Source of the DNA: a virus
Taxonomy: Duplodnaviria > Caudoviricetes
DNA: 55,016 nucleotides
Direction: 5' to 3' (one strand)
Virus record (IMG/VR): IMGVR_UViG_3300020202_001036
Location: 1-55,016 of that record
Below, piece by piece: positions 17,184-27,399 of the stretch; within the stretch, counting starts at the first letter, position 1; each line of letters begins with the position of its first letter. The notes beneath the pieces were generated by a model. That model worked only from the letters and a program-made list of their open reading frames with translations, was not told where the DNA came from and did not search any database. A program made the position numbers and the translations under genes.

Positions 17184-20100
17184 TGGCCGTACTCATAAAT
17201 AAAGAGACCGGCCAGGCCTTCGAGGTCTCCGACGACGAGGCGCCCCAAGCCGCGGCGGACATGGATCTCGTGCCGGCGACTCCGGACCAGATCGAGTGGC
17301 TGCGCAAACAACGCGAGTACGAAGCAAAGCCCGTCACTGAGCGGGCGCTGGAGTCTGTTCAGAGCTACGGCGAAGGCCTATCGCAGATAGGCGGCAAGGC
17401 GGCGCTGGCCGTTGGTGGCCTTGCTGGACTGCAGCCGATCCAGGGCCGCGAAGACGCGCTGTATCGCGCGCCGGACGTGCTCGAACGTCAGGAACGGCAT
17501 CCGATCGCTCATGCGCTCGGGGTGCAAACACCAGCCCTCACTCTGAGCGGAGCCGTTGGCGGGTTTGCGGGCATGGCCGCGGAGAGCGCCGCGGTTGGGT
17601 TGAGCGATGAATTGGTCGCGTCTACGCAAGAGGAGCGCGACTTCTCCGCCGGCGCCGCTGCGGAAGGCGCAGCAGTCGACCTGGCATTCAGCGCGCTGGC
17701 ACACGCTGCAACGGGTGTCGCGAGCCGCGTCGGCAACCTGCTGCTGTTCGGCACCGGCAACACGATGGCGCGCAACATCAAGCGCGGCCTCGACGAGAGC
17801 GCGGGCCCGGTCGTGCCCGATGACGTGCGCTTCGAGGGCCCGCTGCTCGAGGCGGAGACGCGGTCTGCGCGCGCCGCGGCGGCGGCCAGCCCCGGCATGC
17901 CCCCGGGGCCCGAGCGAGACGAGATGCTGCGCAGGGCGGCGCGAGACCTCAACCAGCAGGTGGAGACCGAGGGCGGCGACCTCTTCGAGCGCACCGCTGC
18001 GACAGCGCGCGAGAGCGCATCGGTGGGCGGCTCGGACGCGGTCGCTCGGCGAATCGACGACTTTCTGACCGAGACCACTCCGGCGCAGACGAGCTGGAGC
18101 GCGGACGCGACGCGAAAGCTCGACCAGATGCGTCAGGCGCTCGTGGCCATCGGCGACGAGCCCGCGGAGGCTGGCGTTGCTGCCCGGGCGCGAGAGACCG
18201 CCGACGAGGCCATCGCGGCGATCGACGGCGCCGCCGACTCCGCGGAGTGGTTCAAGGCGTCGGGGAAAGCGCGGGATCGCCTCGATGCGATCGCCGACGA
18301 GATCGCGGATTCCGACCTGCCCGAGGGCGGCGTCGTGGCCCGAGCCGTCGAGGACGCGCGCTCGTACCTTGAAAAGAGCCTGGCCGATCGAGCGCTGTTC
18401 GGCGCCGCGGCGGAGATGGACGCGGGGCTGCGCGGCGCGGCGCGAGACCAGATCGGCGCCGCGGTGCGCGCGAGCGGCGGCGACCTGCGTGCGCAGCTGG
18501 CGGCATTCGTTTCGGCCGACGCTGCCGAACGGGTCGTGATGCGGGCGCCGCTCGAGCAGGCGATCGAGGGCTTCGAAGATCTCGCGCGCGCCCACGAGCG
18601 ATTCGGAACGGCGCGGCCCAGGGATATCGAGACGCTACGCGAGAACGCGGCGTCGCTCCGTCGCGCCCTGACGTTGGCTGACGACGTTGGCGCAGCAACG
18701 CGAAGCGCTCCGGCGCCAGCCGCTCCGAAGGCTTCGCCGGACTCGCGCGCTGAGCCGAACTTTGCGCGTGCCGAGACCCTTGCGGGCCAGATTCGCCAGC
18801 GCGCAGCGGCGCACGCAAAACGCGCCGGTGTCCAGGCGGCGCAGAGGGTCGTGGACTACGCGGCGGGGCCAGGGCGCGCAGTGTACGACGACGCCGTCAG
18901 CGACGCGCTGAAAGGGGCGATCCAGACGGTCGGCGCGCTTGGGGGTCTCGCCGCAATGGGGCCGCCCGGGTTCGTCGCTGGCTGGCTCGGGGCTCGATCG
19001 ATCGGGAAGAAGATGGCTCCGAAGGTCGGGCAACAGATTCTCGATGCTGCCCAACGGTATGTCAAAACGCACGGTGCAGACACGGCCGGTGCTGCGCTGC
19101 TGGCGGCAGCGGCCCTGGGCGAGGGAGACGACGAGAGCGGCGACACGGACGCGCTGGCAGCCTCAATCGGAGGTCTCTTCTTCGCACGCCGGTTTGCCGA
19201 ACGCGCGCTGGGCGCCGCTGGCCGCGGCGCGAAGGCGTTGGGTGAAGGGGCCTATCGCGCCTCGGAGGCCGTCACGGGCGCCGTGGACGCAGCAACTGGC
19301 AAGGCTGCTCAGGCAGTGGGGAACGTCGCCTACAAGGCGGGACGAAAGGTCGGGGAAGCCACGGGCGCAGGGCTCGATGCCGTCGCAAAGGGCGCCGCGG
19401 ACGAGGACCTCGTCAAGGGCGCGATCCGGTCGGGTGTGCGCGACCCGAAGCGTTGGCTGGTTCGAAACACCCGTGGCCGCATCGCGGACAAGGCCGCCGA
19501 ATACTTTGGCCCGCGCATCTCGGGTGCTGCAGCGAGATGGCTGGAGAAACGGCACGGCAAGGCAGCGCAAGAGATTGTCAACGAAGCCATCAGCGAAACC
19601 GCGGCGGCCGGCAAGCGCGACGTCGCCTTGCTCGAGCAGCATTCGGCGCAGTCCGCGGCGATGGTCGAGGATGTTGGGGCCCAGATTCGAGCCGCGCTGA
19701 ACGAGACTCCCGAACAGAAGGCACGGGCACTCGAAGCTTTCCCGCAGCGCATCGGCGGCGATGCCCATGCCCAACGTCAGCTCTTGACGGCCGCTGTGGA
19801 TGAGTTGGCCGACGCGCTCGGCAAGGTCAGCGACGGAACCACTGCCAAAGTCGCGATCGATTTCGCCAACGCGGCGAAAGAAGCCATCATCAACGCTCGC
19901 ACGGCGCGCGATCGGTTTCGCATCGGGATGCAACTCACGGAGACGCTCGTTCACCACACGGCTGAGGTGGGCGATAGCGAGATGGCCAAGGTCTTCGGGG
20001 CGTACGCTGACAAAATGTGGGAGGCCATGGGTCAGCGCGAACTCTGGATGGGTGCGCGCGAGCTGGAGCGCGAGACGAAGCGACTCGCGAAGAAGCGCGA

Positions 20101-22180
20101 GTCGATTATCGCGAAGATCAGCGCTGGAGAAAAGCTGGGAATCGCGGCTCTTGTTGGCTCTGCTGCTGTTGACGACGACGAGACCGGTGCGGCGCTTGCT
20201 AGCGCTGGTGGGCTGCTCGCTGGAAAGCGTCTGATGCGTGAGGCCGCTACCGTGCCCCCGAAAGGAAAAGCGCGACGCCCCGACGGGCCCATTGCCGCGC
20301 TTGATGCACGCGACGCCACACCCACGAACTTCTACCCGAACAGCAACGCGGCTCGGAACGAGTATGGTGAATCGATGCGCGCGTATCGTGAGGCGCAGCG
20401 CGCTGACAACCTGAGAGCAGGAGAACTCGAAGGCGAGTTGTCGGACCTGAAGAAAGCGGGGCTAGTCACCGGCGCAGCCGGAGCGCTGGCGCTCGACGAC
20501 GACGACGGCGGGGCTGCGATGGCGGGGGCTGGGGCTCTGGGTCTCGCTGGCCGGCGTCTTGGGATGTGGAAGATCGGTCGCGAGTTGGTGAATCTTGACA
20601 ACGTCGCAGACCCTATCGCAAAGCTTCGCGAAATGGGCGCGAAGCCCGCTCTTTTGGAACGTGTCGCGTCACGGCTCGATGCCGCAAGCCGCCCCATTGC
20701 AGAGACAGCGATCGAGACAGAGCAACACGCAGCTGTCGCAGCAAAAAACCAGGCGCTTTGGAGCGACGCTGAACGCGAAGCCATTAGCGACTATCAGGGC
20801 GAAGGATACAGAGACGTAAACGAGGCGCTGCGCTTCGGCGAGCGAGCGCCAGCAGAGATTATATCCGCGCTCGATAAGGCAGTGGCTGCAGGCAACGTCA
20901 CTCCGGGCATGATCTGGCGCGGCGTCGACTTGCCGGAAGCAGAGATCGAGCGCTTAAAGCAGAGTTCTCACGTGATGTCTCAGGGCATCTTGAGCGGAGC
21001 GACCAACGACGCGCGCGCCCGCGTGTTTTCTCCAGGCGAGTACGGCAACAAGCCAGTCCTATTTCGTATCGAGCAAAAGACGGGTGTTCCTGTAGAAGAG
21101 AGTGGCGAAGCTGAAGTGCTCATGCGCCCAGGAACGAAGTTCGAAGTCGTAGGGGTTGGGCGAGACCGCTACGAAGGCGGTCCGTACACGAAGAACGACA
21201 AGGATTGGAAGTACATCGACACAATCGATCTTCGCGAGGTCGGTCAGGTTCCGGATAAGAGCCGACGGTCGTTCATGCGAAAGCATGGCGGCAAGGTTGC
21301 GGCCGGCGGAATCGTTGGTCTGGGTGCCGGAACGCTCGCTGTAGACGACGCCCAGGCGGCAGAGTTGGAGGACTCTCCTGACGATCGCACGATCGCCGCC
21401 CAGCGCATCCTAAGCATCGACGACGCGGCGACACGCCGGATCCGCCACACGGCGCGCGTGCTCTCTGGTCTCGCCGAGCCGCCGTCGCCAGAGGGTCTAA
21501 CGACCGCGCTCGGGCGATTCGGCGCCGAGTACGACGACCCGCGCTCCGCCTTCGAGGAACGGAAGACGATCCTGCAGAAAGCCGAGATCGCGCCGGCGCT
21601 GGTCTACGACGTGATCGCGGCCACGTTCGGCGACGTCGCGCGCGTGAGCCCGGAGCTCTATCAGGCCGCGTCGGCGCGCCTGCTCGATGGGTTCCGCTAC
21701 ATGCGCGAAAACCTGCCGCCCGAGGTCAAGACGTCGATGCTCTACCCGACCGGGCTGCCACCGAGCGAGAGCGCGATGCGCGACTGGGCCACGCAGTGGA
21801 ACACAGTGATGGACCCTGAGTCTGTGCTCGATGACATCGACCGCGGCACGGTGACGCACTTGCAGATCGAGACGCTCGAAGGCGCTCACCCCGATACGTA
21901 CCAGCAGCTGCGCACCGAGATCATCGCCGAGGTCGGCGCGAACTTCGCCGACATCCCGACTTCGACCAAGCAACAGCTCGACATTCTGTTCCAGGCCGAT
22001 GGCTTGGCGGGGCCAATGTTCAGCAGCGCGGCCGCGGTCATGATCGGGGAAGCGAGCCGCGCCGCATCGAAGCGAAAGCAGCCGGGGCCCGCCGACACCG
22101 GCGTCAACGATATCGAGGCGGCGCGAAGCGCGAACGGGCTCGAAGCGATACGCAGCAGCGTCACAAACAGGGCAACATGA
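17183..22180 (+). CDS. Large ejection-type polyvalent protein with ADP-ribosyltransferase domain
   Basis: 1665 aa, Ala-rich; ART signature Y..Y..VNEALR, IWRG, LSGAT, GEAEVL..PGTKFEV at 20759-21242. Confidence 0.8.
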   Translation: MAVLINKETGQAFEVSDDEAPQAAADMDLVPATPDQIEWLRKQREYEAKPVTERALESVQSYGEGLSQIGGKAALAVGGLAGLQPIQGREDALYRAPDVLERQERHPIAHALGVQTPALTLSGAVGGFAGMAAESAAVGLSDELVASTQEERDFSAGAAAEGAAVDLAFSALAHAATGVASRVGNLLLFGTGNTMARNIKRGLDESAGPVVPDDVRFEGPLLEAETRSARAAAAASPGMPPGPERDEMLRRAARDLNQQVETEGGDLFERTAATARESASVGGSDAVARRIDDFLTETTPAQTSWSADATRKLDQMRQALVAIGDEPAEAGVAARARETADEAIAAIDGAADSAEWFKASGKARDRLDAIADEIADSDLPEGGVVARAVEDARSYLEKSLADRALFGAAAEMDAGLRGAARDQIGAAVRASGGDLRAQLAAFVSADAAERVVMRAPLEQAIEGFEDLARAHERFGTARPRDIETLRENAASLRRALTLADDVGAATRSAPAPAAPKASPDSRAEPNFARAETLAGQIRQRAAAHAKRAGVQAAQRVVDYAAGPGRAVYDDAVSDALKGAIQTVGALGGLAAMGPPGFVAGWLGARSIGKKMAPKVGQQILDAAQRYVKTHGADTAGAALLAAAALGEGDDESGDTDALAASIGGLFFARRFAERALGAAGRGAKALGEGAYRASEAVTGAVDAATGKAAQAVGNVAYKAGRKVGEATGAGLDAVAKGAADEDLVKGAIRSGVRDPKRWLVRNTRGRIADKAAEYFGPRISGAAARWLEKRHGKAAQEIVNEAISETAAAGKRDVALLEQHSAQSAAMVEDVGAQIRAALNETPEQKARALEAFPQRIGGDAHAQRQLLTAAVDELADALGKVSDGTTAKVAIDFANAAKEAIINARTARDRFRIGMQLTETLVHHTAEVGDSEMAKVFGAYADKMWEAMGQRELWMGARELERETKRLAKKRESIIAKISAGEKLGIAALVGSAAVDDDETGAALASAGGLLAGKRLMREAATVPPKGKARRPDGPIAALDARDATPTNFYPNSNAARNEYGESMRAYREAQRADNLRAGELEGELSDLKKAGLVTGAAGALALDDDDGGAAMAGAGALGLAGRRLGMWKIGRELVNLDNVADPIAKLREMGAKPALLERVASRLDAASRPIAETAIETEQHAAVAAKNQALWSDAEREAISDYQGEGYRDVNEALRFGERAPAEIISALDKAVAAGNVTPGMIWRGVDLPEAEIERLKQSSHVMSQGILSGATNDARARVFSPGEYGNKPVLFRIEQKTGVPVEESGEAEVLMRPGTKFEVVGVGRDRYEGGPYTKNDKDWKYIDTIDLREVGQVPDKSRRSFMRKHGGKVAAGGIVGLGAGTLAVDDAQAAELEDSPDDRTIAAQRILSIDDAATRRIRHTARVLSGLAEPPSPEGLTTALGRFGAEYDDPRSAFEERKTILQKAEIAPALVYDVIAATFGDVARVSPELYQAASARLLDGFRYMRENLPPEVKTSMLYPTGLPPSESAMRDWATQWNTVMDPESVLDDIDRGTVTHLQIETLEGAHPDTYQQLRTEIIAEVGANFADIPTSTKQQLDILFQADGLAGPMFSSAAAVMIGEASRAASKRKQPGPADTGVNDIEAARSANGLEAIRSSVTNRAT

Positions 22181-24162
22181 CCGACAGCGCACAGAACTCC
22201 AAGCTCGCGAGAACGATCCAGGATTCGATCAAGAATCAAGACGCAGAGTGTTGGATGCTGCGAAAGAACCAAGTCGACGCTGCGCGCGACCTCGGCGACC
22301 TCGGTGAGCGAGCGATGATTGAGAATTGCTGGCGAGCGACCCGCGCCTATCGCTTCGCGTCCTTGTATGAGGGCTTTCGACTCACAAACCTGAGCAGCTG
22401 GGGCGCCGACCTCGACTGCCTGCAGGGCATCTTCCCCGGGCTCGAAGCGCCGGTAATCAAGAACCGATGCCGCTCGCTGGTGCGGGCCTTCATCAACAAG
22501 AGCTTCGCCAACGATTCGCCGCTGCCGCAGTTCATGACGAAGGGCGGCACGTTCGACCAGGTCGCCGCCGCCGAGGACCTCGACCAGGCCATCTGCGCCG
22601 AGTTCAAGGAGCCGCAGGGGCGCTTCTCGAACAAGGCCGAGATGGATCGGCATGGCGCGCTCATCGCGACCGCTGCGACTGGCCAGTACGCAGTCTTTTG
22701 CATCGACTACGACAACGCCACGAGACCGGAACTCGAGCTCGACGACACGCTGACGCTCGGCATCTACCGCACCCAGCAGTACGGCGCGATCCGCCACGTG
22801 GTGCGCACCGTGTGGATGCTGCCCGAAGAGGCGATTCGAAAGTTCGGCCTCAAGTTCCGCGACAAGATCTACGAGAACCTCGAGATGCGCGAGGGCAAGT
22901 TCGTTGCGGGCCAGGGTCTGAACCGCGGAACCATGCCCACCGCGAGCACGCTCACGTTGGCGCGTCGCGAGGTACGCATCGTGATGGGCTGGGCCGTCAG
23001 CGTTGGAGACGAGCCGGGGCGGCAGATGTTCGTGCTGAGAGACGGCACCGTGCTCCGTGACCGTGGCTACGACAAGCCTGCGCCCCCCATGGTGACGTGG
23101 GAGTACGAGCCCGAGATCGGCGGCGAGGGCGGGACGCCGCTCACCCAGCTCATCTACGTCCAGGCCATGTACCAGTCGCGCATCTTGCACGACGTCGACC
23201 ACGCGGAGCGCAACACGCCTCAGGTGGGGTGGGCCGTTCAAAAGGGCACGCAGGGTGCTAAGTCTGTCCAAGGGCAACTCGCGCAGTCGAAGGCGATACA
23301 GGTGTTCGAGATCGACGGACCGATCGAGGGCGCATTCAAGGTGTTCGAGGTCGCGAAGTTCTCCAAGGACTCACTCGCGCTCGAAGGCGTCTACGACCAG
23401 GCCCAGTTCGACGACACCGGCATCTCGCGCAACCACGCCACTGGCACGAAGGCAGCGGGCACGACGAGCGGCGTGCACGAGAGTCTCTCGGCGAGCTATT
23501 ACACCGAGTCGTTTGCCGATGCCGAGCGCCGATCCATCGAGATGCGCGCCGTCGGCGCGACCCGCATCATGGTCTGGGTCCTGCAGACGCTGGCAAAGCG
23601 CGGCTTCGAGCGCTGGGTCGGCGACAAGGCGTTCCGACGCAAGTTGCGCGGGGAAGATCTCGACCTCGACGAGAGCAAGTACATCCTCGAAATCCAGCCG
23701 GCGAGCGAGGAGAAAGACACGCCGAAAGGGCGGCTCCAGAAGGCCGAGAAGTGGATGGCGGATCCATCGGTGCCATTCACTGGGTCGGACATGGTCCAGA
23801 TGTTTCGGACCTACGACGACACGCGCATGGCCCAGCAGCTATACGAACTCGACGGGTGGGTCGAGGAGCAGATCGAACGCTACCGCAAAACGCCGCTCGC
23901 CGAGATGGCAAAGCGGGACTTCTACCAGCCACCAGAGCGCTCGATGCAGATGGATGGGCTAATGTCCGCGTTGCGGATCATGAACCTCGCCTATCTGCGC
24001 GCGAAGCAGCAGGGCATGCCGCGTCAGCGACTGGTCTTCTTCGAGAACTTTTGCAACGGCTGCATCGCGCTGATCCAAGAGGAGCAGCGGCGGCTCGCGT
24101 CGTTGCAGCAGCCCCCACCCGGCGCAGGAGCGCCACCACCCATGCCCGCACCGGCGGGATAA
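22177..24162 (+). CDS. Portal protein (putative)
   Basis: 661 aa; N-terminal VIKNRCRSLVRAFINK...PQF pattern; GISR..ATG.KAAG.TSG; Pro/Gln tail; precedes a scaffold-like gene. Confidence 0.7.
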   Translation: MTDSAQNSKLARTIQDSIKNQDAECWMLRKNQVDAARDLGDLGERAMIENCWRATRAYRFASLYEGFRLTNLSSWGADLDCLQGIFPGLEAPVIKNRCRSLVRAFINKSFANDSPLPQFMTKGGTFDQVAAAEDLDQAICAEFKEPQGRFSNKAEMDRHGALIATAATGQYAVFCIDYDNATRPELELDDTLTLGIYRTQQYGAIRHVVRTVWMLPEEAIRKFGLKFRDKIYENLEMREGKFVAGQGLNRGTMPTASTLTLARREVRIVMGWAVSVGDEPGRQMFVLRDGTVLRDRGYDKPAPPMVTWEYEPEIGGEGGTPLTQLIYVQAMYQSRILHDVDHAERNTPQVGWAVQKGTQGAKSVQGQLAQSKAIQVFEIDGPIEGAFKVFEVAKFSKDSLALEGVYDQAQFDDTGISRNHATGTKAAGTTSGVHESLSASYYTESFADAERRSIEMRAVGATRIMVWVLQTLAKRGFERWVGDKAFRRKLRGEDLDLDESKYILEIQPASEEKDTPKGRLQKAEKWMADPSVPFTGSDMVQMFRTYDDTRMAQQLYELDGWVEEQIERYRKTPLAEMAKRDFYQPPERSMQMDGLMSALRIMNLAYLRAKQQGMPRQRLVFFENFCNGCIALIQEEQRRLASLQQPPPGAGAPPPMPAPAG

Positions 24163-24177
24163 CGAAAGGCCACACCC

Positions 24178-25314
24178 TTGGCTGATGCCAGCACATTATC
24201 AAGTCGATTATCCGCCGCCCGCGCGGTCACGAACACACAGACCGGAGGCGCGGCGCCGGCGCCCACCAACGGTGCCTCCACGTCGTCAGCGCCAGCGGCG
24301 AGCACAGGCTCGCCCGCGGCCGACGCGAGCAAGCCAACCGGGACGGCCCCGGCAGACGCCAAAGAGACGCCCGCCGTAGACGCCGACAAGGGCACTAGCG
24401 ACGACACCAAGGCGGACGGCGGCGACAAGCCGCAAACGCCCGAGGAACTCAAGAAGCATTTCGTCGCGATCGACCGGCGCGAGAAGAAGCTCAAGCGGCA
24501 GCGCAAGGAGTGGGAAGCCGACAAGAAAGCAAAGGAGTCAGAGTTCACGAAGGCCCGCGAGGAACTCGTCCAGGAGAACAACCGCATCTCGGCGCTGCAG
24601 CGCCATGTCGAGCAGAAGCATGCCTGGGTCGCCAAGGGCCAGCAGGCTTGGGACAACGACGACAAGGTCGGCTTTGCCAAGGCGATCGAAAAGATGGCCA
24701 AGGGCGCGAGCCTCGCCGCGATCACCCAGTGGCTCGCCGGTGCCACGGACAAGCCCGCGGGCGCGGCGAAGGCGGAGCCGAGCGAAGAGGAGCAGGGCTG
24801 GCGCCGCGAGAAGGCCGAATGGGAGCGCAAGCAAGCCGAGGAGCGCGCGAAGGCCGAGGGCTCGAAGAAGGAGACTGCGAGCGCGGAGAAGCGCGACCAG
24901 GCCAAGGGCAGGATCGCGGTGGCGTTTGCCAGGCACCCGTTTCTCGCCAACCCGGACGACCCCCAGAAGCCCGACCCGGATGCGCTGCAGGAGGCGTTTG
25001 AGCGCTGGGAAGGCGCGATGAAGCACCGTAGACCGGGCCAAACCGCGCGCGAGGTCGCGAAAGAGGTGCTCGACCAGCTCCACGCGCGCGAGGTGCGCCG
25101 GCTCAAGCGGCTAGGCATCGAGCCCAAGACGGCAGCGCCAGCGAACGGCAAGGGCGCCGCCAAGGGCACCGAGGGCAGGAAGCAGGGCGAGCGCCTCCCC
25201 GAGCCGCCGCCCACGAACAGGGGCGTCAAGCCGCCGAGCCTCGACGAGACGCGGGCAAATCGCATCGCGGCGGCAAGGCGCATGACCGAGCAGCAGAGGC
25301 GCGGAGTCGTGTGA
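24178..25314 (+). CDS. Capsid scaffolding protein (putative)
   Basis: Low-complexity N-terminus, charged coiled coil, basic C-terminal helix; follows the portal. Confidence 0.6.
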   Translation: MADASTLSSRLSAARAVTNTQTGGAAPAPTNGASTSSAPAASTGSPAADASKPTGTAPADAKETPAVDADKGTSDDTKADGGDKPQTPEELKKHFVAIDRREKKLKRQRKEWEADKKAKESEFTKAREELVQENNRISALQRHVEQKHAWVAKGQQAWDNDDKVGFAKAIEKMAKGASLAAITQWLAGATDKPAGAAKAEPSEEEQGWRREKAEWERKQAEERAKAEGSKKETASAEKRDQAKGRIAVAFARHPFLANPDDPQKPDPDALQEAFERWEGAMKHRRPGQTAREVAKEVLDQLHAREVRRLKRLGIEPKTAAPANGKGAAKGTEGRKQGERLPEPPPTNRGVKPPSLDETRANRIAAARRMTEQQRRGVV

Positions 25315-25619
25315 GCCACGAAAGGAAAGCCATGAAAGAGCTGAAAGTCAGAATCACCGTTCCGGGTCCGGAAGAGGACTTTTGCTGCCAGTTGGAGTTC
25401 GATCGCGAGTGCGTCCGCGCAATCATCGAAAGGGCCGGCGGAGTTCTGAAACCAGAGTGGGAGCGCGTCAGGCATGAGTTGCGCCTGGCCACGGAAGACA
25501 CGTTGCTCAAATGGGCGCAGCGGGCGCTCCCGGATCAGGTCGGGCGCGTGCGCTCCGAACTCGAGCTTGCCTCGATGACACTGGAGAACCTTCGTCGTCA
25601 CCAGGAGCGCAGCGGATGA
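25311..25619 (+). CDS. Hypothetical protein
   Basis: Coupled to both neighbours. Confidence 0.5.
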   Translation: MSHERKAMKELKVRITVPGPEEDFCCQLEFDRECVRAIIERAGGVLKPEWERVRHELRLATEDTLLKWAQRALPDQVGRVRSELELASMTLENLRRHQERSG

Positions 25620-26476
25620 CCCTTCGAGCAATAAACAATTCTCTAATCGGCACCCCTAACTATGAGGTGCAGAGTCGCATGAGCCACCTTGCCTGCGACG
25701 GCGAGGAGATTCACACGAAGCAATTCGGCACGGTGAAGGTCGGACGCACCGTCGAGTATAGCAACGTGCCGGGCCAAAACCGGATGGCCTGGATCACCGT
25801 GCAAAGCGTGGGGCCTGGTGCCGCGTGGATGAAGGACAAATACAGGCTCGATCGCATCCTGAAGCAGGGCGACGTGATCGGCTTCGACGCGAGCCAAAGC
25901 ATCAATTGGAACGACGACGGAGAGCAGTTGATGATGCTGCCAGTCGATGCGGCGCTCTGTCGCTTTAACCCTGGCGACGAGAGGCCGCAAGCGCTCGGCG
26001 TCTACTTCATGTCGGTGCCCGACGAGGACGCTGCGCGCCGCTTCGTTCTCGGCAAGCGCTTACAGGAGTCGGGGTTCATCCTGACCAACGACACGAAGCG
26101 CGGAGAGATTCGCGTTGCCGACAACCCGCACTCGAAGATCCGCTACAGCGCCGAGCGCATCGTCGGCGTGGGCGCTGGAGGCATGACGATCGGCGAAGCG
26201 GGCCAGCAGGCGCTCGGCGACACGCGCGCGTACACGACCGTGTCGGTGGACGGAGGCATCAAGCGCATCCGGACAAAGGAGCCCGTCGAGATCGTGCCGG
26301 ACCCGAGCGCGGTGGGCATGATCGGCGTGTTCATCAACACGATGAGCGTGGACTGCCTGGTGCAAGGCACGCCATACCGATTCACCAACTGGGACCGCGT
26401 GAAGGCGCTCGCCTCCGATGCGGCGGACCTGGAGACCGAGGAACTGGCGAGCTACCTCGCGAGCACGGGGACGTGA
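25616..26476 (+). CDS. Tandem GroES/Cpn10-like co-chaperonin
   Basis: Domain 1: ITVQSVGPG..LKQGDVIGF..GEQLMML. Domain 2: ESGFIL..RIVGVGAG..VGMIGVF..GTPYRF. Confidence 0.6.
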   Translation: MTLRAINNSLIGTPNYEVQSRMSHLACDGEEIHTKQFGTVKVGRTVEYSNVPGQNRMAWITVQSVGPGAAWMKDKYRLDRILKQGDVIGFDASQSINWNDDGEQLMMLPVDAALCRFNPGDERPQALGVYFMSVPDEDAARRFVLGKRLQESGFILTNDTKRGEIRVADNPHSKIRYSAERIVGVGAGGMTIGEAGQQALGDTRAYTTVSVDGGIKRIRTKEPVEIVPDPSAVGMIGVFINTMSVDCLVQGTPYRFTNWDRVKALASDAADLETEELASYLASTGT

Positions 26477-26745
26477 TGGAACCAACGCACCTCCACCGGC
26501 TGTTTGACTGCCCGAGGCCAGTTGAAGCAGCATGCTGCTGCACCGAGTGCACGTGCAATGGCGACGTGCGGAACCGGTGTTCCGCGTGCAAAGCAGCACG
26601 CGCCGCTTTGATCGCTGCGCGAGACGAGCGATTCGCACGGACGGGGCACTACCTACCCGACTGCAAACCCGGAGAGGAACCGACGCTGCACGGGCGGTGC
26701 TACCATTGCGGCGCCAATGTTCCGGAAGACGAGCTGCGGGAATAG
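26473..26745 (+). CDS. Cys-rich hypothetical protein
   Basis: Multiple CxxC motifs. Confidence 0.5.
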   Translation: MMEPTHLHRLFDCPRPVEAACCCTECTCNGDVRNRCSACKAARAALIAARDERFARTGHYLPDCKPGEEPTLHGRCYHCGANVPEDELRE

Positions 26746-26748
26746 GCC

Positions 26749-27399
26749 ATGTCGGCGCGGCGACGAAAGACCAAGGGGGCGGCGGGTGCCGCCGGGCAGG
26801 GACTCACGGCACCCGAGCCCGCGGATGCTACGCCCGCCGCCCCTGTGGACTCGGACACACCGGGACCAAACGGCCTCTCTCGCGCGCTCGCCGACCAGCT
26901 CGTCGCCAACCGCCGCACGATGCCGCGTCGGTTCGCGGCCACCGCCGCCGGCGTGAGTCCGCGCACGTTCGAGCGCTGGATTCAGATCGGCGCGAGCTCC
27001 GGCGACGACCCCATCTGCATCGAGCTCGCCCGGCGCATCTTCGAGGTCGAGGGGCAGGACGTCAGCGAGTCGATCTCCGATCTGAAGATGCTGCGCACCA
27101 TGAGCGCCACGGCATCAGAGGCCTACCTGCGCCTGATGCACCCGGCCGACTTCGGGGGCGCCGTTCGCTCGGCCCCCGACGAGTTCGAAGACCAGGTGCG
27201 AAACCGCGAGGCGCAAGACAAGCTGCTGGCGTCGCCGCCTCCGCGCATGTTGGCCAAGCTGCGCGAGCACCGCTGGTTTCAGGTCCCGGCGGAGGCCACG
27301 AAGGAAGAGCTGGCCGCGGTCGAGACCATGATCGCAAACATCCGGATGCGCCTGACGAACGAGCGAGCGCTCGCGGCGCAGGGCCAGGGAAAAGGGTGA
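26749..27399 (+). CDS. terS: Terminase small subunit (putative)
   Basis: HTH FAATAAGVSPRTFERWIQIG; directly precedes terL. Confidence 0.65.
   Translation: MSARRRKTKGAAGAAGQGLTAPEPADATPAAPVDSDTPGPNGLSRALADQLVANRRTMPRRFAATAAGVSPRTFERWIQIGASSGDDPICIELARRIFEVEGQDVSESISDLKMLRTMSATASEAYLRLMHPADFGGAVRSAPDEFEDQVRNREAQDKLLASPPPRMLAKLREHRWFQVPAEATKEELAAVETMIANIRMRLTNERALAAQGQGKG

Noticed and set aside
17183-22180. Tape measure protein
   Set aside because: No tail tube, sheath or frameshifted chaperone genes were recognised; the context fits ejection proteins.
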